This document shows positions 40,108 through 49,340 of a stretch of DNA of 64,000 nt, piece by piece. Below the pieces are notes generated by a model that saw only the letters and a list, made by a program, of their open reading frames with translations, did not search any database and was not told the origin of the DNA. Source of the stretch: a virus. The stretch is from the UHGV virus genome UHGV-1366919, one strand, 5' to 3'. Position 1 is the stretch's first letter. The number at the start of each line of letters is the position of its first letter. The position numbers and the translations under genes are program-made.

Positions 40108-43100
40108 ATGAGTATCAGGCCTTTAAAGTCAAAGCCATTTAGTGAAATTAAAAATTTAGAATTATCTTATTTGGATAATTCTTTAGAGTTTCTTAATACC
40201 TCTTACTCAACTTCTGAATCTTTTAATTTTAATCTTTATAATGCCCTTAAAAATATAAATGATCTTACGGTCAATAATTATTCTTATTTTTTCCTGGGTA
40301 AAAAAGATTTATACACTAACTGGTTAAAGGCTAATATTAAAGAAAATGAAACAAATGGTTATATTACTCCTATTACTTTCATTTTAGAAGGTAAACCTGC
40401 TTTTCTATACTTTAATCAACAAAATATTAGTCTTACACCGGACCACAAATTAACCTGGGATACTGATTTTACTCTTTATTCAGTTGAAACAGTTTTAGCC
40501 CAGGGAATTGATTCGGCTATTCAACAAAATTATCTGTTTATTATTGAATATATTGAGGGGACTAATAAATGTTATATTAAACATATTAACGGTAAAACTG
40601 ACTATTATCTCATTAACAGAAAATGGGACTATAGGCTAAACCAGTATACTGGGGGGCCTTGTGATGATCTTTGGTTCTCTTCTCAAAAAGATTTAGCCGA
40701 AGTATTCGGTCAGTTTAACTTTATTAAAACTGGAGATACTTTTCTTTTTTATCTTGCTTGTACTGATGATTATAAAGTACAAAGGCAAGACGGCACATAT
40801 ATGTGGGTTTCTGCCAAATATAATTTGGAATATGAAGCTTCGGAAAATAATTATAAGTTGAAAGTTCCTCAAACTTCTCCAGAAAACCTTCTTTATTATA
40901 TTGATCCACAATATGTTGGTCAAATTGTCCAACTTGACAGCTATAATGGAAGATTAAGAAGTCTTGGTCCTGATTCTATGAGCGATACTAAGCTTACTTT
41001 GGTATCTAATCCAGACCTTGCTCCATTGGTTAATTATAATGGAAAAAACTACAATGTAATTTCAACAATTACTGATAAATTTACTGATTTAACAGATTAT
41101 ATCAATACTTCCTGGATTTCTTATAAAGATAGGAACTTTGCTAATGTAAATGTAGAAAAATCTGCATATAATTTAGAGAGCCAATGCCTTTTTCATCTTC
41201 AATATAACAATATTGATGATAAATTCTCTACAACTCTTAATATTATTCCCTTAAAAAATCATCTTTCTCCTAAAAACTTCACAATAAGAGGAGATTATCT
41301 TAATACGGGAACAAATAATGATCCTAATGTAGATTTTCGCGAATATACATCATTAGAAACAGGTACAAATCAAGAATTTGGTAATTCTACTGTTACTTTA
41401 AATTATATTTTCTATGATATTGAATATATTATCAATCCCGGGGAAGATTTAGCCTTTTCTATTGGTACAAATGAAGATAATGATAGAGGAGTTGCTTTAT
41501 ACCCCTTCCAAAAACTTAATATCAATGATACCAAATTTGTTAAAAACGGATCTTTTGGCTCTACCAACCCATTTTTATCCGATAAAGTTAAAAAGTTACA
41601 AACCAATTCTGTTTTTTCAAATAATGGAAGGTATCTTCATACATGGCTATACCAGTCTAAATCAAATCCATACGGTATTTGGCTAGACCGTTATTATTAT
41701 CCTAATATTATTTCCAAGCAAGATGCTTTAAAGGGCAAAGTTAATTTTGATCCTGCCTCTTTTAATGACATTATTGACAAAGATTATGTTCAATCTGATG
41801 AGTTATTCTATTCATATATTCAGGATGCGCCTTACTTTGACAAGCAAAGTGACCTGATGTTTGAACAAAATGGACAATATGTCTATTCCAGGGTGGGAAA
41901 AGATCAAGTTAATGCGATTATTTCTAATATTTCTGATGCTAAAGAATATGAATTATCTTCTTATTCTGGTAATGAAGAAGTAGTTACAATTAATAATCTC
42001 AATATCAAAAATTCTGGTACTTTGGACCTGAATTTTGATATGTATCTTGATTCAGATAAAGTTTATGGGCTTGATTTATTTGCAAATTCTTCTACTAATG
42101 GATTAAGCATCAGCAATCTTAATGATGTTACCCCATTTCTTTATACTTTTGACAATTACTATAATTCTGATAATAATTTGTCAAATGCTATTGTAACATT
42201 ACATAATACTAATTTTGATATTATTAAGCAACTTGATATTCAACATTTATACAAAAATAATGAGGAAATTTTAGGTTTAGCCCTTAATATTCCCTATGAA
42301 GATTTTGCTATTATTGGTTCAGAATATGTCTATATTGTTTCTTATGACTTGATTCTCAAAGAACGAATTAAGCTTGTTAACGAGAATGAAGTTCTTAAAA
42401 AAGTTAATATTATTAATAATAAACTTTTTTATCTTATTGACAAGCAATATAAATTTAATCTTCCTGATAATCAAACAGATATTTTTAGGCATTTTTATGT
42501 TCTTGATCTTGATAGAACAACAGATGAAGTATCTGAATTAATGGCATATATTCCCGGAACTTCAAGATTAGTTTATAAAGTTACCGATTTAACTCAAAAT
42601 AAACTTTATCCGGTATATTATTCTTCATCAGCCGGTGAAAATGATAATAATATTGTTTTCGACCATATTGATTTAAACGGAAAACAGGTATATCGTACAC
42701 AAAATTCCGACATCGCTCCTTTACCAGAAGGATTATTAGAAAGTACATATGTTTATCTGTTAGATGATACAGGATTTAGTAAAGAGCAAAATTATTATTG
42801 TCCGGATTTAAGAGTAGCTGAATCTTTATTGACAGTTACTTCTCAGGGTATTAATTCAATCTTTATTGATAAAGATGATACGGCATACGCTTTCCCGTAT
42901 ATTCAAGTTACTAAGCAAAATATAGAAGATGGCTTGTTTGGTATTCGAGAACGTGTGCCAGATGCTCTTTATCAGATTGAAAATATTGATTTAAATGATT
43001 ATAAGCAAAGGGTTATTGATTTACCGGATGCTAATATCATCTTTACTTCTTACAATAGGATATTTGATATTTCAGTCAATGATTTAAATCAATTTGCCTG

Positions 43101-44070
43101 TTTAAAATACCAAAGCAACAAAACCAGTGATTCTAAAAAGTTGGAATTACAACTTTTTGACCGGGCAAAATGTCCGCAAAGATCTATAATTGTGGGCGAT
43201 TTGTACGATAATGCTTTTGGATTAGATGCTCTCAAAATTTATAATAAAGGAAACCTTGAAAATGATTTTGTTCTTTTTACTTCAAAATATGATAAAGAAC
43301 TTGAGGTTACTAATTATTATGTATTAATAGTTGACCAAAATTATCAGTCGTCTGAGCATCAGTTAACTTTCGAAGTAAGCCCTGATTTAACTTCTTGTAC
43401 AAATTATTCTCAAATTATTACTACTCGGGATATTAATGTTCTTAATTTTTCATTAAACCTTCCCAAGAGTTCTTTAATAAATGATAAATTTGTTTATAGC
43501 TTTGCTTTAGATGAAATTATTGCAGGATGGTATAATTTCCGAGTTATTATTGATCTTAATAATGGAGTATTTGAAGTTTATGAAAATGAACAACTTCTCC
43601 CCGTTAAAAGAAAAATTACTATCAATCCTAATGTTTATAATTTAAAGAATGTTTTTAATTATCCATTTATTTTAGGAACGGCATCTTATAAAAATGCAAT
43701 AACTTTAAATGACTTTTTAGGATTTAAAGATGAAAAGCCTTTTAATGCGGTTAATTTTAGAATTAAAAACTTTTTACTTTATTCTAAATTATTATCTGAA
43801 GATGAAAGACAAGCCCTTCTTTTATCTTTTTCTGATTTAGAGCCTCTAACTATTACTTTACCAGGCGGACAACGTAATAATTTTGAAGAAATTATTCGTT
43901 ATTTCAAATATAATCCGCCTGCTAATATGTCCAATACCATAAGAATTAATATTAAAAATTCCGGTATTACTAAATTAAGCGACCAGCAAAATCTTTCTTT
44001 GGATATTCTTAGAAAGATCAATGAAGAACTTGCAGTTCCATTAAACATTAAAGAAATTAAATTTATCTAA
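40108..44070 (+). CDS. giant tail/baseplate structural protein (1320 aa)
   Basis: Long ORF rich in Asn/Tyr/Ser and beta-strand-like sequence. Confidence 0.6.
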   Translation: MSIRPLKSKPFSEIKNLELSYLDNSLEFLNTSYSTSESFNFNLYNALKNINDLTVNNYSYFFLGKKDLYTNWLKANIKENETNGYITPITFILEGKPAFLYFNQQNISLTPDHKLTWDTDFTLYSVETVLAQGIDSAIQQNYLFIIEYIEGTNKCYIKHINGKTDYYLINRKWDYRLNQYTGGPCDDLWFSSQKDLAEVFGQFNFIKTGDTFLFYLACTDDYKVQRQDGTYMWVSAKYNLEYEASENNYKLKVPQTSPENLLYYIDPQYVGQIVQLDSYNGRLRSLGPDSMSDTKLTLVSNPDLAPLVNYNGKNYNVISTITDKFTDLTDYINTSWISYKDRNFANVNVEKSAYNLESQCLFHLQYNNIDDKFSTTLNIIPLKNHLSPKNFTIRGDYLNTGTNNDPNVDFREYTSLETGTNQEFGNSTVTLNYIFYDIEYIINPGEDLAFSIGTNEDNDRGVALYPFQKLNINDTKFVKNGSFGSTNPFLSDKVKKLQTNSVFSNNGRYLHTWLYQSKSNPYGIWLDRYYYPNIISKQDALKGKVNFDPASFNDIIDKDYVQSDELFYSYIQDAPYFDKQSDLMFEQNGQYVYSRVGKDQVNAIISNISDAKEYELSSYSGNEEVVTINNLNIKNSGTLDLNFDMYLDSDKVYGLDLFANSSTNGLSISNLNDVTPFLYTFDNYYNSDNNLSNAIVTLHNTNFDIIKQLDIQHLYKNNEEILGLALNIPYEDFAIIGSEYVYIVSYDLILKERIKLVNENEVLKKVNIINNKLFYLIDKQYKFNLPDNQTDIFRHFYVLDLDRTTDEVSELMAYIPGTSRLVYKVTDLTQNKLYPVYYSSSAGENDNNIVFDHIDLNGKQVYRTQNSDIAPLPEGLLESTYVYLLDDTGFSKEQNYYCPDLRVAESLLTVTSQGINSIFIDKDDTAYAFPYIQVTKQNIEDGLFGIRERVPDALYQIENIDLNDYKQRVIDLPDANIIFTSYNRIFDISVNDLNQFACLKYQSNKTSDSKKLELQLFDRAKCPQRSIIVGDLYDNAFGLDALKIYNKGNLENDFVLFTSKYDKELEVTNYYVLIVDQNYQSSEHQLTFEVSPDLTSCTNYSQIITTRDINVLNFSLNLPKSSLINDKFVYSFALDEIIAGWYNFRVIIDLNNGVFEVYENEQLLPVKRKITINPNVYNLKNVFNYPFILGTASYKNAITLNDFLGFKDEKPFNAVNFRIKNFLLYSKLLSEDERQALLLSFSDLEPLTITLPGGQRNNFEEIIRYFKYNPPANMSNTIRINIKNSGITKLSDQQNLSLDILRKINEELAVPLNIKEIKFI

Positions 44071-46484
44071 TGACTAAAAAATATTATTCTACTAATGAAT
44101 ATTTTCTAATTGATCCGATTACAAAAGAACAAATACCTTATGAAGGCTATGTTCTTGTAGAAAATAATATTCCTTATACATTCGATGATAAAAAAGAATT
44201 AGTCATAGGTAATAATTATACAACAAAGATTAATTTATCTAATGATTTCTTTGATAGATTGTTAGATGTTGATCTTAAATTGCCTTATAATTTAGCTGAT
44301 TGTACTTTTGCAGCTAACGATTTCCTTAAAGCATCTGTTATTAATAAAATTATTAATAATTTAGAAGCAAATAACACCTATATCTTTAAAAATTGTCTTA
44401 TTGCTCAAAATGACTTGCCTTTAAGCGAAAAAATCCCAGTTTTATCTCCCCATAGACCATTTGCTTCTGAAGATAAAACTGAATTTGGCCCGGTAGACGG
44501 ATGGTTTTATTCCAACATATCTTATAGTACTCCCCAAAATATTTGGAATAAATTAGATTGGCCTGATACTGTTGAGGGTTATAATTGGGGAACTGAAGAT
44601 ATTATTAATAGTATTGTTGTTCCAACTAATAAATTTACTGATAAGAAAGATGCCGACGGAAACCCAATGAAACTATATGCTGTTTTTATTGGAAGATCTA
44701 CTTCTATTCAGCTGATGAACCTTTACTTATTTCCTTATGATGAATTACAGCAAAGTTCAGATCCTTTATTAAATGAAGGAGACCATGCTGAAGAATTAAA
44801 TCAACGAATGTTTGAAGAAATCTCTTCAATTAATAATCAAAATATTAGTGGTTCTAATGTCAATAATTTGAATATCTTTACATTTTCTAAAATTGATCCA
44901 AATAACATTGACTCAGCTTCATTTAAAAATATTTCTGGAATAGCTTTAGATGGAAATTACTTGTATGTAATTGATAATCAGTTAAATGGTCTTTTTAAAT
45001 ATGATATTTCCAAATGTTTATCTGATCGAGGAGCTGCAACAAATAGAATAATGCTTGTTGACCAAATTCAAGGCTTTGGAGATTTAAATCAGCCTTATCG
45101 ATTTAATAATCCACAATCTATTGCGGCATTTGATAATACAATCACTGTCTTCGATAAAGGAAATAATGTAATCAAAGTTCTCGATAACTTCTTCAACCAT
45201 AAATTTACCATTCGTTCAGGCGGATTTATTCGTCAAAATACAAGAACAGTGTCAATTTGCCCTTATGAATTTATTCTTAATGAAGAAACTATAGAAAAAG
45301 GTTCAATTTGGGTAATTACTGAAGCTGCAGATAAAATTATTATTAATATTTTCTCTAATAAAGGAGAATACTTGGGTGATTATCAAGTTCTTTATCTTGA
45401 ACTACTTAAAACTTACTGGTATAATCCTGAAGATGGACAACCTTCTTCAGATGAGCCAATCTATAATCAAGAAATCGTTAAAAAAATTGATTTCTCATAT
45501 AATAATTCAAATTATTTCTATATTGTTACTAATAAACGAATTGTTAAATTTCAGCTGTCTAAATTAACTTATCCGATTGGAATTATTTCTTATTATTACC
45601 GTTCAATTACTCTTGACGATTTAGTTTGGGAAAATGTTTACATGCCCTGGGAAAATGTTCAAGACTTAGGGAATAATTTAATTCCTTGGGATTATGATCG
45701 TTCTACAGAATTATCCGCTTATCCTCAAAATGTTTGTTTTTCCATAACAGGAACTCCTGAATTAAATGAAGATGTTATTTTTAATATCATTGATAATAGA
45801 AGTTATTATGGACAAGGAAAGTTGCAAAGAGTAGATAATTACACAGACAATAAACTTCTTTATTATGATAAGAATAGAGACTATACCTACCTTAAAATAA
45901 ATCTGGATGGCAGGGTTAACCCACCAGTTTTAGTGAATACAGGTGATATTGTAGATGAATACCGTCCTTCTGCTCAAAATACCCCGGAAAAAGTTGAAGG
46001 TAAAACATTTGTTATTAAAGAAGAGGAAGTTATTTCTAAGCTCCATAAGAATGTTATCCTTTTCTTTAAAGAACCGAATATTTTAAAGTCTTCTTTATTA
46101 AAATCTGATATTAATGTTTATTCTGAAGAAGAATTAAGCTTTAAAGATAATCAAGAATACTATAATGTCCTTACATTTAATAAAATTCTTTATAAACTTT
46201 TCTTTAACTTATCAGAAATTAAGAAATATATCTTCGGAACATTTGTTGGAGGTTATAGTATTGACGGGTTGATGACTTATGACCATGTTAAGCCTGATTC
46301 ATCTTTTCAGGAATTAGGTTCTGATAAAGAAAATTTCTTCATGGGAGAGAATGAGTTAACATCAATTATCCTTAATAGATGCTTTACCTCAATCTATAAT
46401 ACTCAAGTAAATATCATCAAGAAAATGCAGACTAGTTTTATTAGTACGCTTAACTATAACATTAATTCTTACCGAATCATCTAA
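44070..46484 (+). CDS. tail protein with NHL-repeat-like beta-propeller segments
   Basis: IALDGNYLYVIDNQLNGLFKYD and IAAFDNTITVFDKGNNVIKVLD resemble NHL repeats. Confidence 0.5.
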   Translation: MTKKYYSTNEYFLIDPITKEQIPYEGYVLVENNIPYTFDDKKELVIGNNYTTKINLSNDFFDRLLDVDLKLPYNLADCTFAANDFLKASVINKIINNLEANNTYIFKNCLIAQNDLPLSEKIPVLSPHRPFASEDKTEFGPVDGWFYSNISYSTPQNIWNKLDWPDTVEGYNWGTEDIINSIVVPTNKFTDKKDADGNPMKLYAVFIGRSTSIQLMNLYLFPYDELQQSSDPLLNEGDHAEELNQRMFEEISSINNQNISGSNVNNLNIFTFSKIDPNNIDSASFKNISGIALDGNYLYVIDNQLNGLFKYDISKCLSDRGAATNRIMLVDQIQGFGDLNQPYRFNNPQSIAAFDNTITVFDKGNNVIKVLDNFFNHKFTIRSGGFIRQNTRTVSICPYEFILNEETIEKGSIWVITEAADKIIINIFSNKGEYLGDYQVLYLELLKTYWYNPEDGQPSSDEPIYNQEIVKKIDFSYNNSNYFYIVTNKRIVKFQLSKLTYPIGIISYYYRSITLDDLVWENVYMPWENVQDLGNNLIPWDYDRSTELSAYPQNVCFSITGTPELNEDVIFNIIDNRSYYGQGKLQRVDNYTDNKLLYYDKNRDYTYLKINLDGRVNPPVLVNTGDIVDEYRPSAQNTPEKVEGKTFVIKEEEVISKLHKNVILFFKEPNILKSSLLKSDINVYSEEELSFKDNQEYYNVLTFNKILYKLFFNLSEIKKYIFGTFVGGYSIDGLMTYDHVKPDSSFQELGSDKENFFMGENELTSIILNRCFTSIYNTQVNIIKKMQTSFISTLNYNINSYRII

Positions 46485-48124
46485 TGGCTCAACAATTTTC
46501 ATCTCTTATTAAATTTCGTCGTGGTTTAAAAGAACAGCGATTAAAAACTTCTTTCCAAGAAGGCGAACCTGTTTATGAAACAGATACAAAACGTTTATTC
46601 ATTGGAGTAGGAGATAATAATGAAGCTTCTGTTGGTCCTGAAACAGTCGGTGGTATTATTACATCTAATTTAACTTTTATTGGGCCTGCTTCCAGTGATC
46701 CTTCTCCTGATACTGAGCCGCGGTCTTATTCCGGAGACTTAATGTATGCCAATAATAAGCTTTGGAGAATGGGAGACTCTAATTGGGAAGATATTTCTCC
46801 TAAAGTAGATGGGATTACTTTAGCATATAATGCAAATAATGAACTTCAGGTTCTTTCCGGAGCATTTTCTGTTACTGCCGGGAATGGTATCTCTATTACC
46901 TCGGGAAATACTGTCAATATTAAGAATTCTCCTCAAAATATTCTTCAAATTGTTAATGGTGAATTAACAATTCCTCAAGGAAGTATAACTGCTGATTATT
47001 TTTCTACTGAAACTTTTAGTTCTGACTATTTCACAATTATTGGATCTCTTATCCAAATTAATTTAGATCCTAATTATTTTTCTACGACTGGAAATATTAA
47101 AATTACTAAAGTTCCAGCTGGTGAAAAGAATGATACATTAACAACTGTTGATAATAAACAAGTCGGTACTGTAAATGCTGTCATTACCAATCGTTTAGGA
47201 GAAAGTTCCGGCGGTATTACTCTTGATTCTAATTTAAATCTTCAAATTGATCCTCAAGTAACAGTCATTAATGATGAAACTAATCAAATCACAGGGTTAA
47301 AACCTGGTATTGGTGATGTTTTAGCAGTGAATGATTCCACCTCTAAAGCCTATAATGGATCTATCTCTGATTATTTTGATGAAGATATTAAATGGACTGG
47401 TCATGAAAGAACTGAAATAAGTCTTTTTGAAGAAGACCGGTTAAATGCACCCAATCCGATGACCGTTTTTTCTGGCGGCATGATTTTAATGGATATGGGA
47501 ACTACAAAAACCGGAAAAGGATATAAGCGGTATGCCGTCCCGGTTTTTGAATTACCGGAACCACCTGAAATTTATCATATTGAATTGGGAAGTGGCAATA
47601 CTCCAGGAAGTATTATCGGTGATAACCTTGGAGGAATTCGAGTATGGACCATAGAATCAAATACCAAGCCCGTAGAAAATATAGTAGCAGGCAGTAGTAT
47701 TGATTTACTGCATGGGACAAATAGGTTAGAATTAACTTCACCTATTTCTATTCCTCCAGATGGACAAGTTATTGCTAAAAATTATATTGGTACACTTAAT
47801 TTAGCGGATTATACCGCCAATAATCCAATTATTCGCCAGGTAACTTATGAAGGCTCAGGAACTCCTGTCACCAGTATTTCAATTGATATATTCAATGTTA
47901 ATTCTACTAAAGCCAATTTTACAAAGGTAGAATATGCTTTAGTTTCAGCTCCTGAAACAAATATTAATATTCCAACATTTGATGTACAAGAGAATTCAGA
48001 ATATCCTGGAATTAATAGTTTTGTTAATGTATCAACTTGGCCTTCCGGAGCTCCTAACTGGGAAGATATTTCTTCTGTTACTGTAACTTACAGTGGAACA
48101 GTTATCAAATATACTATTCGCTAA
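46484..48124 (+). CDS. tail fibre protein
   Basis: The N-terminus KFRRGLKEQRLKTSFQEGEPVYETDTKRLFIGVGD matches the widespread tail-fibre N-terminal motif (RRG...GE..YETDT.....G.G). Confidence 0.6.
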   Translation: MAQQFSSLIKFRRGLKEQRLKTSFQEGEPVYETDTKRLFIGVGDNNEASVGPETVGGIITSNLTFIGPASSDPSPDTEPRSYSGDLMYANNKLWRMGDSNWEDISPKVDGITLAYNANNELQVLSGAFSVTAGNGISITSGNTVNIKNSPQNILQIVNGELTIPQGSITADYFSTETFSSDYFTIIGSLIQINLDPNYFSTTGNIKITKVPAGEKNDTLTTVDNKQVGTVNAVITNRLGESSGGITLDSNLNLQIDPQVTVINDETNQITGLKPGIGDVLAVNDSTSKAYNGSISDYFDEDIKWTGHERTEISLFEEDRLNAPNPMTVFSGGMILMDMGTTKTGKGYKRYAVPVFELPEPPEIYHIELGSGNTPGSIIGDNLGGIRVWTIESNTKPVENIVAGSSIDLLHGTNRLELTSPISIPPDGQVIAKNYIGTLNLADYTANNPIIRQVTYEGSGTPVTSISIDIFNVNSTKANFTKVEYALVSAPETNINIPTFDVQENSEYPGINSFVNVSTWPSGAPNWEDISSVTVTYSGTVIKYTIR

Positions 48125-48984
48125 TGTATAATCCCCTAAAATTACAATCCCCGGTAATTTTACCTCCGGAATCGATAAGTCAAAATTGGATTTCTAAAGA
48201 AAATTTTGACTTAAAGGAAAACCTTACATTTTCATTTAAACTTAAATCTAGTAATACTTCAGATAAAGAATTGGGATTTTCTATTTTTCTTGTTAATTCT
48301 TCTAATACCGAATCTTTTGGAGCCAGCACAATTAGGTCTGGCTTGACCGATTATTCTACAAAAGGAGAAATTGGAGAAGGATTTAATAAAAATAATGAAA
48401 AATTATCCTTAAGATATAATAATATTCAATATGATTTTCTTTTGGACCATGTTTATCCTTATTCAATAAATGGTTTGGCTTCTAATCAAAAACCATTTAA
48501 TACAGAAGGATTTCAAAATAATAATATTTTTAGTATTTTATTTGATTCCACCAAAAAATTTTATAAAAACCAGCTTGATTTTTATAAAAATGTTTATTTT
48601 GATGAGGTACAGGTTAAAGATATTGTTACGGATCAAATTGTAGATCCTTCTACTTATAATTGTCCTATCTTTATTCAAGCTCTGCAAGATTTATATATAG
48701 CCGAGTTTAAAACAGATCAAAATTTTGATATACTAAATTTAAATTCTGTAACAATTCGATTTTCTTTTGAAAATTATGGTAAATTGTTCAGAATGGATGT
48801 TCTTGAAGCTAATGGTATAGAATATAAAAATGTATGTTTAAAATATTTTGACCTTAATATGAGGCAATATCGTAATCTTAAGCTCGGATATGGAATTGCA
48901 AGTCCAATAATGACTTATAATACTGAAAATATTGCTGATTTTACTATTGATACTTTCCATATCCAAGGTAAATTGAGAGAGTAA
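48124..48984 (+). CDS. hypothetical tail-fibre-associated protein
   Basis: 286-aa ORF, last gene of the plus-strand block. Confidence 0.5.
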   Translation: MYNPLKLQSPVILPPESISQNWISKENFDLKENLTFSFKLKSSNTSDKELGFSIFLVNSSNTESFGASTIRSGLTDYSTKGEIGEGFNKNNEKLSLRYNNIQYDFLLDHVYPYSINGLASNQKPFNTEGFQNNNIFSILFDSTKKFYKNQLDFYKNVYFDEVQVKDIVTDQIVDPSTYNCPIFIQALQDLYIAEFKTDQNFDILNLNSVTIRFSFENYGKLFRMDVLEANGIEYKNVCLKYFDLNMRQYRNLKLGYGIASPIMTYNTENIADFTIDTFHIQGKLRE

Positions 48985-48985
48985 A

Positions 48986-49026
48986 GGTACATATACTATT
49001 CCTGCTCATACTCCTCTTGATATAGA
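48986..49026. repeat. 41-bp perfect inverted repeat copy A. It is a pseudo-fragment of the 49338..51521 fibre gene (it would encode GTYTIPAHTPLDIE, then DH-stop).
   Basis: Identical to the reverse complement of 49645..49685. Degenerate similarity continues for about 27 more nt. Confidence 0.8.
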
Positions 49027-49304
49027 GGACCATTAGACTAATCCATACAATAGTAAACTTATAATTGATAGAATGTCGGGGACTTTTTTCTGTTTCATCT
49101 ATCAAGCTAATCCTAAAGCAATCGGATGTTTTCAACTTGTTAATACTTTTAACGAAACAGGCCATAAAAGATATAACGAAGCATTACAGTATGCAACCTA
49201 TAAATTAAACTTTAGTGGCTAAATAAATCAAAGTAATATGACTCCATGAGAAACTAGATCTTATTGCATATCTCTTTCTTATTTGATTAAAATAACTTTA
49301 AATT

Positions 49305-49340
49305 TAAAAAAGCGGTGAGAACGTTCTCACCGCTTTTTTA
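49305..49340. terminator. Hairpin terminator (gcggtgagaacg-ttctcaccgc) flanked by A- and T-runs
   Basis: It lies between the convergent plus-strand block and the minus-strand fibre gene. Confidence 0.6.
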
